Shown: positions 9,610 to 19,541, counted from the stretch's first letter. The stretch: DNA of 60,247 nucleotides from a virus (IMGVR_UViG_3300030380_004437:1-60247), one strand, 5' to 3'. Made by a program: numbers and translations. The notes: generated by a model from the letters alone, not told the origin.

Positions 9610-9717
9610 AATTTCCCTCCTTAGGAAATATGTTCTATAGTCTCGGCTTGTCTGCTAGGTCAGTCTATAGAACAAGTTAATAACCTAGATACAAGAATTC
9701 TATACTGTTTTTAGACC

Positions 9718-9744
9718 AAAAGAAAGGGAAGCCGAAGCTTCCCT
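9718..9744 (-). terminator. Intrinsic terminator after MCP
   Basis: Minus strand AGGGAAGC-TTCG-GCTTCCCT followed by TTCTTTT. Confidence 0.85.
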
Positions 9745-9774
9745 AACTTTTATCATGGAGATATGATATTAGGA

Positions 9775-10683
9775 TTATGCTCCTGGGGAACCGTACATTC
9801 CTCTCCAGTCACTAAATCCGAAAGAATATCTTTCTCTAGCTTTGTATCGAACATTACCAGTTTCAAAATCACCTTCCATTCCAGTAGTCATTGCAGCTCT
9901 TTCGAAGTGCTTCATACCGTTAGGAGAGTCAGTTTTGATAAAGAATGCGTCAGCATCTGTTAAGTAATGGTTCACTACATAACCTTCAGGTAACATACCC
10001 ATATTTCTCAATGAGTTTATGTCATTGTCAGAAGTACCTACTCTACCAGGAGAGTTTAGTATTCTGTCAGCAACAAACTGTAACTGAGGAGGTATGATTA
10101 ACTTTCTAGCTTGAACGTTGACTTTAATGCCTCTTTCATCTTTAAAAGCAGCAATATCAATCATCGCATTTTCTAGCGAAGTTTCATTCAGGTCAGCAGC
10201 TGTGCTTGGTTCATTAGACTGATCACCTGCACTTAGTGTAGGGTGGTCAGTAGTTAATAATGGTTTTCCGTCGCCTCCTGGGAAGGAAGTTGAGAAAGCA
10301 TTATTAAGAACATTCGCAGCTTTGACTTGTTTAGTAGTCGCCATTGAACGTGCTAAAGCTTTAGTGTATCTTGAAGAAAGAGAATCGTAGAGATTATCTT
10401 CGATTGCTTCTTCTGTCAACGCAAAAGCTAACGCAACAGTTTCGTGAGAGTATCTAGAAGTGAAAGTTTCTTGTGCTGTGTCGTATGTCACTGCTGCACC
10501 TTCTCCTTTAGTCGGAGCTTGTGCGAAACCAGATAACATTACTTCTTCTTCGAAAGCTCTTTCCGAAGTTTCAGTATCGAAAATTTCAGCATGTTCATTT
10601 TCAAATCTGTTATACTCTAAACCAAAAAGTGCATTCAGTCCAGGTTCGAGTTCTTTAACTAATTGAGCTCTGTTTATAGCCAT
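9775..10683 (-). CDS. Major capsid protein (HK97 fold, Mu gpT-like)
   Basis: MAINRAQLVKELEPGLNALFGLEY...LIIPPQL...KARERYSFGFSDWRGMYGSPG; position after scaffold; strong terminator. Confidence 0.9.
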   Translation of the reverse strand: MAINRAQLVKELEPGLNALFGLEYNRFENEHAEIFDTETSERAFEEEVMLSGFAQAPTKGEGAAVTYDTAQETFTSRYSHETVALAFALTEEAIEDNLYDSLSSRYTKALARSMATTKQVKAANVLNNAFSTSFPGGDGKPLLTTDHPTLSAGDQSNEPSTAADLNETSLENAMIDIAAFKDERGIKVNVQARKLIIPPQLQFVADRILNSPGRVGTSDNDINSLRNMGMLPEGYVVNHYLTDADAFFIKTDSPNGMKHFERAAMTTGMEGDFETGNVRYKARERYSFGFSDWRGMYGSPGA

Positions 10684-10695
10684 CTATATCACCTT

Positions 10696-11235
10696 TTAGT
10701 CGTTACCGAACGTTGAAGCAGGGAATACAAAATAACCTCTAGCGTATTGACCAATTGAGTTGTCAGGTCTTTCGACGAAACCAACTTGTTTAGCAATACC
10801 ACTATTAGTAGTAGTAGTCACACCTTCTTTCGAACGGTTGTTGTTAGTATCACCTGCAGTCGTAGAGATTGTATGTACTTTCCCTATATCAGCTTGAGTT
10901 GGAGTACCTGTGTACTGTGCCTCATATGCGATATCAGGGTCTGTATATACAAATGCTTTAGCGTCTGCAGAACCTTGTGTAGCTGTAGTCGATGGCCATT
11001 TTCTTGAGAAAACGATTTCACCGTTTGTAGCTGTATACTCTACACCATAAAATACACCTAGAGGAGCATCAGTAGCCCCACCTTGAAGAACGTATCCAGA
11101 AGCAAGTTTAACAACGTCACCAGCGAAGATGTCGCCAGTTGCACCACTTTGGATAGCAAACTCAGATGGTCTGATAGTCCCCCCAGACATGTGATATGCT
11201 GGAGTAAATCCGTTAGGATCGTTTACATTTGCCAT
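10696..11235 (-). CDS. Capsid cement/decoration protein
   Basis: MANVNDPNGFTP...IFAGDVV...GVFYGVEY; immediately upstream of MCP. Confidence 0.6.
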   Translation of the reverse strand: MANVNDPNGFTPAYHMSGGTIRPSEFAIQSGATGDIFAGDVVKLASGYVLQGGATDAPLGVFYGVEYTATNGEIVFSRKWPSTTATQGSADAKAFVYTDPDIAYEAQYTGTPTQADIGKVHTISTTAGDTNNNRSKEGVTTTTNSGIAKQVGFVERPDNSIGQYARGYFVFPASTFGND

Positions 11236-11281
11236 TTTTTACCTTTATATATGTAAAAATTAAAATTACGGCAATAAAAAA

Positions 11282-11755
11282 TTAACTTTCTTTATTACCA
11301 CTTCCAAAGGTAACTCTGGTTTGTCTATTGGGTTTTTCAATAGGCATTACAGGGTTACTTTCTCGCATTAAATTATGATCAACAGCATTCATTTGATCAG
11401 CAGACATATTTTCATAATACTGCCTTCTTTGATTTACTGTTTCCTCAGGTATTTTAGCGAGGATAAGCCCACCAACACCGATAACACCAGCATGTCTACC
11501 GTCTTCTACAGTTGGAGCTTCAAACTCAGGGTGATCTTCTGCTCTCACAGGTTCAAACCCTTCACGAATACGTTTAGACATATTCGCTTTGTCTTCTTGC
11601 CCTACCATAGATTCACGTATCCATCTGTATACATATCCATCAGGTGGCTCAGGTGCGTCTAATAAAGACGGAGGTCGCCATGGTTTCGCACGAACTGTTT
11701 TTTCTCGTGACTCTGCAGCTCTTGGAGTTCTAGCTGATTTGGTATTTTCTTCCAT
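11282..11755 (-). CDS. Conserved head-module hypothetical protein
   Basis: WRPPSLLDAPEPPDGYVYRWIR...GGLILAKIP. Confidence 0.6.
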   Translation of the reverse strand: MEENTKSARTPRAAESREKTVRAKPWRPPSLLDAPEPPDGYVYRWIRESMVGQEDKANMSKRIREGFEPVRAEDHPEFEAPTVEDGRHAGVIGVGGLILAKIPEETVNQRRQYYENMSADQMNAVDHNLMRESNPVMPIEKPNRQTRVTFGSGNKES

Positions 11756-11763
11756 TTTTACTC

Positions 11764-12651
11764 CTACGTTTTCACGTGTTTAGCGTATTCTTCAGGTGAC
11801 ACACCAAGTCTCTTCGCTATTGAGAGTTGGCTCGGTGTCAACCGAACGGTGCGTGCTTTTTTGGTTGACCTTGCCCCCTTGGAAGACACGGCTACTACAT
11901 CTTGCACGTTCTTTTGTGACGCATTACCATCAAATTTATGAGGGAATGTATCAGCAATTCTTTTATCTAACTCTGAGTAATAATCGTCAGAGTTTGGGTC
12001 AAAACCTTCTTCTCTTATAAGTTGGTTATGAAAAGCGAAAGCAACACTTGTCATAGCGACGTCTTCACCAAACCACTTATTTTTAGAAGCCCAATTAACA
12101 GCTTTAGGATCTGGTTCAGGAATCGGTTCCTGAGAAGGTTGAACAACTTCTTGAGTATTTCCAACAACTGTTTCAGTTTTAGTTTCATCTACTTCTGGTT
12201 TTACCCTATTTAAACTTTCTTGCTCTACTGCCAAAGTGGCTAATGCTTTTTGAGCTTCAACGATTTCTTTTGAATCGTTCATCTCGTAAGCCTGTTTTAA
12301 CCTGTTTTCAGCAGAAGCTAGTTCAGAACCAACTCGAGCATTGTACTCATCATAAAGGTTTTTATCCTTAAGTGAAAGTTTTTCTTTAGTAGTGGATAGC
12401 TCACCTTGAACATTTTGTGCATATTCAATGGCAGCTTTTTCTCTCCTTTCTGCTTCCCTGACCTTATAAGTAAGTTTATTGATACGTTTTTGTACCGATT
12501 CACTATACTCTTCGATCTCATCAGCATCGGATGATGCTTCTTGTGTTTCAGTAGTTTCTACTGATATTTGTTGTTCCTCTTGAACAACATCATTATTTTC
12601 GTCAAGAGTCACTTCCAGTGATTCTTCTTCTGTTTGCACGGTTTCTACCAT
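11764..12651 (-). CDS. Capsid scaffolding protein
   Basis: Acidic coiled coil; C-terminal VRLTPSQLSIAKRLGVSPEEYAK; between portal and MCP. Confidence 0.7.
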   Translation of the reverse strand: MVETVQTEEESLEVTLDENNDVVQEEQQISVETTETQEASSDADEIEEYSESVQKRINKLTYKVREAERREKAAIEYAQNVQGELSTTKEKLSLKDKNLYDEYNARVGSELASAENRLKQAYEMNDSKEIVEAQKALATLAVEQESLNRVKPEVDETKTETVVGNTQEVVQPSQEPIPEPDPKAVNWASKNKWFGEDVAMTSVAFAFHNQLIREEGFDPNSDDYYSELDKRIADTFPHKFDGNASQKNVQDVVAVSSKGARSTKKARTVRLTPSQLSIAKRLGVSPEEYAKHVKT

Positions 12652-12679
12652 GTTATACCTCTTTTGGTTGCGTGATTAT

Positions 12680-13153
12680 TTACGAGCTAGAAAGAATATC
12701 CTCAGGATTTTCTATTCTTGCCAATATTTCATCATCGTTTAATAAACGCAAGTCTCCGCCATCAATTTTGATACGAGCACCTGCGTACCTGCCAAAAATA
12801 ACCCAATCTCTTTCTTGACACCATGGTCCTTCTGGAAATTTATTGCTATCTTTGTATGCATCTGGTCCCAATGATACTACGAAACCAACATTAGTAGCTA
12901 GTCTTTCTTTCTCTAAAGTTTGGTTTGCCAGAATAATGCCACCCTTACTTGTAGTTTTAGGGGTGAACGGTAGTATTAATATCCTATACCCTGTGGGTTT
13001 AGGTAATTTCTCTGTAAGAGATTCATCCTCAGTAATTTTTTCTGCGGTGTACTTCTCTTCTTCAGGTTGTTTCATTTTACCTAAATTATCTACCACATCA
13101 GGTAATACTTTAGGTGTGCCTTCGCCAAATGATTTAGTTTGATCAACTTCCAT
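12680..13153 (-). CDS. groES: GroES-like co-chaperonin
   Basis: PTGYRILI...TSKGGIIL...GFVVSLGP...VIFGRYAG.RIKIDG..LRLLNDDEILA. Confidence 0.85.
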   Translation of the reverse strand: MEVDQTKSFGEGTPKVLPDVVDNLGKMKQPEEEKYTAEKITEDESLTEKLPKPTGYRILILPFTPKTTSKGGIILANQTLEKERLATNVGFVVSLGPDAYKDSNKFPEGPWCQERDWVIFGRYAGARIKIDGGDLRLLNDDEILARIENPEDILSSS

Positions 13154-13343
13154 CTTTTTGCTCCTCTCTGCCTTGCAGGTCTATTATTAAAGATTCAGCG
13201 AAATTAAGACCTGATATTTCGCCTACTATTTTTTTGTAATCTTCCATATTCTTGATTCCACCAGCGATAAGAGTATTTTCTAATTGTTCTCTCCTATCCC
13301 TGAGGTTTCTAAGAAACCTTTCTATGAGTACTATAGCGTCCAA
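13143..13343 (-). CDS. Hypothetical protein
   Basis: Coupled ORF between portal and GroES. Confidence 0.6.
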   Translation of the reverse strand: MDAIVLIERFLRNLRDRREQLENTLIAGGIKNMEDYKKIVGEISGLNFAESLIIDLQGREEQKDGS

Positions 13344-13538
13344 CTATGTACCAACTTTTTTCTGAGCTTTCTTATGTGCTTCTGTAAAAGTAGATCCACG
13401 TTTCATCATATTTGTCATACTGACCATGTGTTTTTTAGTATGATGTTTAGCGTGTTTTTTCATAACATCTTGTTGCCTTTTATTAAGACTCGAGATGTCA
13501 ACTCCCTTTACCGTAACCTTTTTCTTTTTATCTGTCAT
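13344..13538 (-). CDS. Small K/H-rich basic protein (start likely MTDKKK at 13538)
   Basis: TAATG coupling with the upstream stop. Confidence 0.6.
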   Translation of the reverse strand: MTDKKKKVTVKGVDISSLNKRQQDVMKKHAKHHTKKHMVSMTNMMKRGSTFTEAHKKAQKKVGT

Positions 13539-13801
13539 TAACACTTCCACTGTCTTCTAGACCAATAATTTGCCTTAGTTTTATCACTCCCCATACTTTT
13601 GCTCCTGGCACAATAAGATTTTTTTCTTTTCTTATTTCCTGGATGAGCACCTAAGTTTGGATCCCCAAAAGTCACTCTTACTACCCTTCCGTTTGAGTTT
13701 TTCACAAAAACTTCCCTCGTCTTTTTTCCATATCCAGGTTTCCCTTTAGATATTCTTCTGGGTTTATTAAGAGTGACCTTTTTGCCTTTATATTCAGCCA
13801 T
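13538..13801 (-). CDS. Small basic protein
   Basis: VTFGDPNL...RKKSYCARS...ANYWS; coupled. Confidence 0.65.
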   Translation of the reverse strand: MAEYKGKKVTLNKPRRISKGKPGYGKKTREVFVKNSNGRVVRVTFGDPNLGAHPGNKKRKKSYCARSKSMGSDKTKANYWSRRQWKC

Positions 13802-13998
13802 TATTTCTTTTTCTTTTTAGAAGTTTTCTTTTTAGGTTTTTTAGCAGTTTTTGCTGCAGCTTTAAAATCAGAAGCTTTAGGTGCACCTTTAGCCCCTTTC
13901 TTACGCATTTTTTTACCTTCTGCACGTTTTTTATTAATGTTGTAGTAAAGCCCTTTTTTAGCTGTTCTACCATCTTTGGTTTTATGCGTTTTCTTCAT
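13801..13998 (-). CDS. Lysine-rich protamine-like protein
   Basis: GLYYNINKKR...KGAP; very high K content; coupled. Confidence 0.65.
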   Translation of the reverse strand: MKKTHKTKDGRTAKKGLYYNINKKRAEGKKMRKKGAKGAPKASDFKAAAKTAKKPKKKTSKKKKK

Positions 13999-14066
13999 TA
14001 CTTCTTCTTCTTTTTGTTCTTTTTCTTCATTACTGGTTTAGGTTTTCTTCTCATTGAACCTGGCAT
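13998..14066 (-). CDS. 22-aa lysine-rich peptide MPGSMRRKPKPVMKKKNKKKKK
   Basis: TAATG overlaps at both ends (portal stop and next start). Confidence 0.6.
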   Translation of the reverse strand: MPGSMRRKPKPVMKKKNKKKKK

Positions 14067-16417
14067 TATACACCTCTGCTGTCTGTGTCACTTTTTCTAG
14101 TCTCTTCGAGAACTTTTGAAAAAGTTTCGTTTGTTTCTTTTTCTCGATCCCTGGCAATTTTCATTTCAGCGATCGCCTCATTAGACTCTATTTTAGCTAA
14201 ATCTACCTGACTTCGTAAAGCTTCAGATTGTTGTTTCGCTTCTATCTCACGTCCTTTTAACTCGAGAAGAGGATCCATACCTGCATTAGCTTGAGCTTGC
14301 GCCATAGCTTGTGCTTGACCTGTTACTTGTTGAGTAGCTTGAGCTGCCACTAGAGCTAATTCGTTCATCATTTCTGGAGTCATTTGATCCATAGGTGGTA
14401 GTTGTTGACCCATAGCTTGTTCTATTTGTTGTTTATATAGCATAGCTTGATGTTCTTGTATATTTGCACCTATAGCTGACACTGCTGTATTATTGTTAGC
14501 TACCATAGGGTTTTGTAAAAATGCACTGTGTGCTGCGATGTATGCTTCATGGTTTTGAAAATCAAACGCTTTTATAGGTGACCCTGTCATTGCTGCTTGT
14601 TGATCACTAATAGGGTCTCTTGGCGGAACTTCTACAGGTGGTGGTAATATAGCGTCAATGTTTTTTACTTCTAGAGCTTCATACATTCTTTTATATGCTT
14701 CTCTTAAATTATGTATTTGTGGTGCTGCTTGTGCCATTTGTAATTCTTGTTGTGCTAACATAACACGTTGTGACATACTAAATATATTAGGATCACTTAC
14801 AGGAATAATATCAACACGATCATCAAAGTCCATAGCTTTTATTTCTTGTTGACCGCCTTTTACTGCATACGGATATGCTGGTGGTAGAGTTTTAGCGAAT
14901 ATTTCTGCTAATAATCTAAATTCTTTACGCTGTGCATAGTGTAATCTTTTATGTATAGCTGACATTACCTTAGTACCACGCTCTAACATGGCTACAGTTG
15001 TACCTACTGGTAGTTGTTGACTACCTATATCACCAACTTGCATGTCTGCTATACTGGCAAACCTTCTACCAGAGTCAATAAGTACTGTTAGTAACTGACC
15101 TAACACGTTAGATGGCTCTTTATAAGGTAAAGGCATCAATGCGTCACGTATTGCTCCTCCTGGAACGTCAACATCTCTAAATTCTCCTGGACTTAGTGGC
15201 TCATCTTCACCTTGTATCCTCATACCTCTGGCTTTAAACCCAGCTGGTAGGTTTGAGAGAGTTCCAGCGTCAATTAATTGCCTTAAAATAGCTGTGGCGG
15301 ACTTAGTTAGCCCTCCAATCATGTGAATTAGCCCAAAACCGTAAAATCCTAGCCCTGGAAGGAACTTATAGTGTATAAAATACTCTTTTTTCTTAAAATT
15401 AGTGTCTTCAGGGTTCCAATTACGTCTAATAGCGAGCACATCACCTGTATCTTCTAAAATTGTGACGATATATGGTACTGCTATCTCATATTCATCTATA
15501 CCTTCAAGCTCTAAATCTACATGAAACTCTAAAATTGTGTAATTATTGTAGTCAGAAGCAGGTTTTGACAAACCTTGTAACTCATCTATCTTTTCTTGAG
15601 CTTCATTATACTCACTTGGTAAAGCTCCACCGAGTTCAATATCCCTATATACACCTGAAAGTTGCATTTTACGGACATCATTACCTGTCATATTTACGCA
15701 ATGGGTGATTCTAGGGCTGGTTTCTAGGTTAGTTGTATCATAACTTACTACTAAATCCTCTGCTTTTACAAAAACAGCTGAAGGTCTTTCTAAAATTGAG
15801 TCATAATACACTTTTTTGAATGCTGATCCAGATAATGGTAGGTGAAATAACAGCTGATCCATCTCTGGGTCATAGTCTTCCATAACTTCTGTTATCTGGT
15901 AGTTCATAAATTCTTTTACTCTGTTCGCTTGGGCTACGCTCTCTGGCGTCTCTTCCCCCACAACTTTGGTACTCACTGGTCCATTAGGAGGTAATAATTC
16001 CTTATATGCTTGCGCTTGGAACTGTGTTGTCGCTTCGGACAGCAATGGATGAGTGACACCAGAGGCTCCAGCGAACGGCTGATCACGGTCTTCGGCTTTT
16101 ATGCCGAGTAAATCTAAACCTTTAGAAAATCCATCAAGCCACTCCTCTCTGGAAGATTTATCTTCTTCATACGAAGACATTAACTCAGAGGTGAGTTCCC
16201 CTAAGTATCTTTCATCCAAGACTTCGGTTAAATTAACTTCAAAATTAGTTTGAATACTTTCTTGTTCTGTGACCGCGATCATTTGACCGTCTGGTCCCAT
16301 TTGAAAATCTGTGGTAGGTTCTGCTTCCTCCTCCACTATTACATTTATGTCTTCTTCTTCTATCCCTGGTTCCTGTAATTTTGGTGGGTTAGGATATCTT
16401 TGTCTTTCTATTGCCAT
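14066..16417 (-). CDS. Portal protein
   Basis: 783 aa directly after TerL; HPLLSEATTQFQAQAYKEL, LPLSGSAFKKVY, GFYGFGLIH; Q/A-rich C-terminal barrel. Confidence 0.9.
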   Translation of the reverse strand: MAIERQRYPNPPKLQEPGIEEEDINVIVEEEAEPTTDFQMGPDGQMIAVTEQESIQTNFEVNLTEVLDERYLGELTSELMSSYEEDKSSREEWLDGFSKGLDLLGIKAEDRDQPFAGASGVTHPLLSEATTQFQAQAYKELLPPNGPVSTKVVGEETPESVAQANRVKEFMNYQITEVMEDYDPEMDQLLFHLPLSGSAFKKVYYDSILERPSAVFVKAEDLVVSYDTTNLETSPRITHCVNMTGNDVRKMQLSGVYRDIELGGALPSEYNEAQEKIDELQGLSKPASDYNNYTILEFHVDLELEGIDEYEIAVPYIVTILEDTGDVLAIRRNWNPEDTNFKKKEYFIHYKFLPGLGFYGFGLIHMIGGLTKSATAILRQLIDAGTLSNLPAGFKARGMRIQGEDEPLSPGEFRDVDVPGGAIRDALMPLPYKEPSNVLGQLLTVLIDSGRRFASIADMQVGDIGSQQLPVGTTVAMLERGTKVMSAIHKRLHYAQRKEFRLLAEIFAKTLPPAYPYAVKGGQQEIKAMDFDDRVDIIPVSDPNIFSMSQRVMLAQQELQMAQAAPQIHNLREAYKRMYEALEVKNIDAILPPPVEVPPRDPISDQQAAMTGSPIKAFDFQNHEAYIAAHSAFLQNPMVANNNTAVSAIGANIQEHQAMLYKQQIEQAMGQQLPPMDQMTPEMMNELALVAAQATQQVTGQAQAMAQAQANAGMDPLLELKGREIEAKQQSEALRSQVDLAKIESNEAIAEMKIARDREKETNETFSKVLEETRKSDTDSRGV

Positions 16418-16435
16418 GTTTGTAATTTAGAAGCG

Positions 16436-17953
16436 TTAATAATAACTTATTTTCTTACGATATAGTACTTCTTCTTCATAATCTGATGGAAGTTGTACAA
16501 AACCACCTTGCCTAAATCTCATCAATGCTTGTGTTGTTGAGTCTACTAAATCGTCATGGTCACCTGCAGGAAAAGCTGCACATTCTTCTATTACATCAGT
16601 TGCCCATTTAGTATCAGGATGCCACACCATACCACTTTCAAATAATGGGGCACATGCATTTACCCTCGCAACTTTATCATTTCCTTTTGACGGAGTGAAG
16701 TTTTGTACAGGTATACCTATGTTTCTTAATTCTTGGGTAAGAGGTAGTCCACTTGCTTTTGCTTCTATTATGGTTACGTCAGGTTCCCAATGTTTGTATT
16801 GATCAAGTGCTATTGATTTTAATTCAGGGAAAGTATATTTACCTTTCACAACATCTAATAAAATTATGTGTGGGCTATTACCACTATAAACTTCATCACC
16901 ACCTAATCTACCTTCTGGGTAAAATACTCCCCATGTCGTAATAGCTGAGTAGTCACTGAGTTCTCTTTTTAAAAAAGCTGTATCATAACTTTGTATGAGG
17001 TAGTCACATTTAGGTGGTTTAGGGTTTGGCCACTCTTTCCACCATTCTCTTTTTATAAGTGCACCTTCTTCACTTGAAGGATTCTGCATATATTGTGCAT
17101 GCCACTTAGGTCCACCTCGCAAAGATGCTTTTACGCTTTCTAATTCTTCTAGTTGCCAATACTCTGGCCAAAGTGGTTTACCACTCGGTAGAATAGCAGG
17201 TAGCTCAATAACTTCCCATTGATCTGCTTTAGGATCACGAGCTGAGTCTTTTAATAACCTACCTGTTAAATCATTGACGTTCCATCTTGTCATTACTATA
17301 ACGATGGCTCCTCCAGGTTGTAGACGTTGCCTTGGTCCAGAGGTGTACCATTCATAAGTATCTTCTAACGCAACTTTTGATAATGCGTCTTGCTCTGAGT
17401 GAGGGTCATCAATAATAAATAGATCCGCACCACGACCAGCTAACGCACCACCAGTTCCCACTGCATAATATTCTCCACGTTTTTTAGCATCACGAGTATC
17501 TTGAGTTTCCCATTTACCTGCAGCTTTTGAATCTGGGTTTAAGTTCACGTTGGGGAAAACAGTTTTAAAATCATCTGTGTCAATTAAGTCACGAATCTTT
17601 CTACCAAACTTTACTGCTAAGTCTGCCGTGTGGGTTGCTTGTAGTATTTTTAAACTTGGATTACGACCTACTAAGTAAGCAGGAAAAAAATGAGAAGCAA
17701 ACTCTGACTTCGTATGACGAGGTGGCATGTTTATAATTAATCTTTTTATTTTGCCTTTAGCTATACGGTCAAATGCTTCTGCCATTTTTACATGATGAGC
17801 ACCTTCTATAAATCCTGGCCATTGTGATTTTACAAACTCAAGAAAATTATTTTGACAGGAATCTACTCGTTCTATTTCTTTGAGTCTTTCGGTGAGTTGT
17901 AAATGTTCCTTCAGTACATCTTCAGGAAGATCATTTAAATCGTAGTTGCTCAT
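16436..17953 (-). CDS. terL: Terminase large subunit
   Basis: Walker A-like MPPRHTKSE, Walker B FIIDDPH, nuclease SYDTA...HDDLVDS. Confidence 0.95.
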   Translation of the reverse strand: MSNYDLNDLPEDVLKEHLQLTERLKEIERVDSCQNNFLEFVKSQWPGFIEGAHHVKMAEAFDRIAKGKIKRLIINMPPRHTKSEFASHFFPAYLVGRNPSLKILQATHTADLAVKFGRKIRDLIDTDDFKTVFPNVNLNPDSKAAGKWETQDTRDAKKRGEYYAVGTGGALAGRGADLFIIDDPHSEQDALSKVALEDTYEWYTSGPRQRLQPGGAIVIVMTRWNVNDLTGRLLKDSARDPKADQWEVIELPAILPSGKPLWPEYWQLEELESVKASLRGGPKWHAQYMQNPSSEEGALIKREWWKEWPNPKPPKCDYLIQSYDTAFLKRELSDYSAITTWGVFYPEGRLGGDEVYSGNSPHIILLDVVKGKYTFPELKSIALDQYKHWEPDVTIIEAKASGLPLTQELRNIGIPVQNFTPSKGNDKVARVNACAPLFESGMVWHPDTKWATDVIEECAAFPAGDHDDLVDSTTQALMRFRQGGFVQLPSDYEEEVLYRKKISYY

Positions 17954-18330
17954 TTTTCTTTATTGAGTATCTTACGTATCTTTTCTGCTTTTTCATCAGC
18001 TGTGTCTGCGTGTAGTTCGCTATCTACAACTTTCTCTAATTTTAAGTATGGTATTCTCTCATTCGGTACGTACCTCCATGTGTAGCCTTCTTCACCATAT
18101 ACACCAAAGACAGTTTGATTTAAACCTATTTTTATTATCATTGCAGTTTGGTCTTCTAGCAATACTTTATCACCTTCATCAAACGGTGAAAATAATCTAA
18201 AGAATAGACCTTTCATAAAACTTACTGCGTAATCTTTTACAGCTAGACCAAGAAGCATGGTCAGTAAGAAACCGATAAACTGTATATAGAAGTCGTTTAA
18301 CTCTATTTCAAACATGGTCATGTCGTACAT
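17950..18330 (-). CDS. Small membrane protein resembling MscS TM3/beta domain
   Basis: TM helix followed by PFDEGDKVLL...IIKIGLNQTVF...YVPN. Confidence 0.5.
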   Translation of the reverse strand: MYDMTMFEIELNDFYIQFIGFLLTMLLGLAVKDYAVSFMKGLFFRLFSPFDEGDKVLLEDQTAMIIKIGLNQTVFGVYGEEGYTWRYVPNERIPYLKLEKVVDSELHADTADEKAEKIRKILNKEK

Positions 18331-19193
18331 TAGTCATCAGAAAAATACTTTCTCAATCTTTTCAAGTTTTGTTCTAATTTGTACGGATCCATTCTTTCTG
18401 CTACCTCATCAATAATTTTGTCGTCTATTTTTCCCGTAGATTTTCTTATTTTCATGAGATCATCATTTAATACAATCATCCTTTGGATAGGTTGGTCTAC
18501 ACCTGTGCCTTTCGTCATATTGAATATTAAAGAACCTACTCCTTGTTTCTGTAGGGCAGCACTTATTTGAGGATCAAAGTTTTTAGGGAAATACATCATA
18601 TTTGGATTTTCCATAAAATTCGTTATGTCTCTAGCTTGAAACTGTGACGGTGTGACTGATTCTATACGAGCATTTTTCCCAGGTTTCATATTTTTAAGCA
18701 TGGTTGCTATACCAAAGGGTAAGTTTTCTACATCATACATACCTTTAGTGTTGACGTCTACAGTGTACACTTTACCAAATTTTTTGCCTCTGTTTGCATA
18801 TGCAGCTGCATCTGTAAAATCGTCGGTGAGATATACTCCGCCTCTTTGCATTGATGGGTTAAGTACGTTTGGCATGCCTTCTACTTGTTTGGTAAGTTTT
18901 GTTATACCTTGGTTGAGTGAACCATGGAGCATGGGCTTTGCTTCATTCAATATAAATTTACCTGCTCCTTTAATGGGTGCTGCTGCAGGAATAACTTCAA
19001 AACCTGCAAGAACCTGATCGCCTAGCGACGCATCAGGTGATAACGTCATGTATGAATAACCAGGAATGAGAGAAGCCAGACCTTCTAGTTTATTTAATCC
19101 TCTGTATGATTTCCTTGGGTCAATGCCTAAGTATTCTTCAAGTGCTAATGCTACCCTGTCTTTTCTGGTTGGTTTGGTTCCCACTACTGCCAT
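18330..19193 (-). CDS. Hypothetical protein with possible ADP-ribosyltransferase-like (ART-PolyVal-like) domain
   Basis: LHGS...GGVYLTDD...AAAYA...GKVYTVDV pattern. Confidence 0.4.
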   Translation of the reverse strand: MAVVGTKPTRKDRVALALEEYLGIDPRKSYRGLNKLEGLASLIPGYSYMTLSPDASLGDQVLAGFEVIPAAAPIKGAGKFILNEAKPMLHGSLNQGITKLTKQVEGMPNVLNPSMQRGGVYLTDDFTDAAAYANRGKKFGKVYTVDVNTKGMYDVENLPFGIATMLKNMKPGKNARIESVTPSQFQARDITNFMENPNMMYFPKNFDPQISAALQKQGVGSLIFNMTKGTGVDQPIQRMIVLNDDLMKIRKSTGKIDDKIIDEVAERMDPYKLEQNLKRLRKYFSDD

Positions 19194-19251
19194 AATTCAA
19201 AAGTAGAAAAATTTTGCAAAAAAATTTTTACAACATCTTCTATAACGTCGA

Positions 19252-19280
19252 ATGATATAGGGTATATGGGGAAAAGTAAA
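19252..19280 (-). promoter_or_regulatory. Class I promoter for the morphogenesis operon
   Basis: TTTACT-N17-TATCAT upstream of ATG 19193. Confidence 0.5.
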
Positions 19281-19312
19281 TCTGTACTTAAATGTGACTT
19301 AAAATCCTACAT

Positions 19313-19327
19313 GGGTGGGTGGGAGGG
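19313..19327 (+). other. Potential G-quadruplex GGGTGGGTGGGAGGG
   Basis: Four G3 tracts with 1-nt loops in an AT-rich genome; related copy at 19943-19962. Confidence 0.6.
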
Positions 19328-19449
19328 TGCAGGCACGCTATAAGGGGGGTAGCCCCCTAGTATAAGTTAAGTAAAAAGTAAAGGCATTTTTTCCTATATA
19401 ACTATAAGTTATTTACTTATATACTTTTAAATATACTTATTATTTACTA

Positions 19450-19477
19450 TTTACTTTTAAGTTAATAAGCGTATTAT
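19450..19477 (+). promoter_or_regulatory. Class I promoter (TTTACT-N16-TATTAT)
   Basis: Same architecture as 20064-20091; precedes paralogous gene. Confidence 0.7.
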
Positions 19478-19541
19478 AAACGTATTAGCTTAATTATTAA
19501 CCCTTTAAATTTAGCTAATTTAATTAACTAAAGGGCTTACT

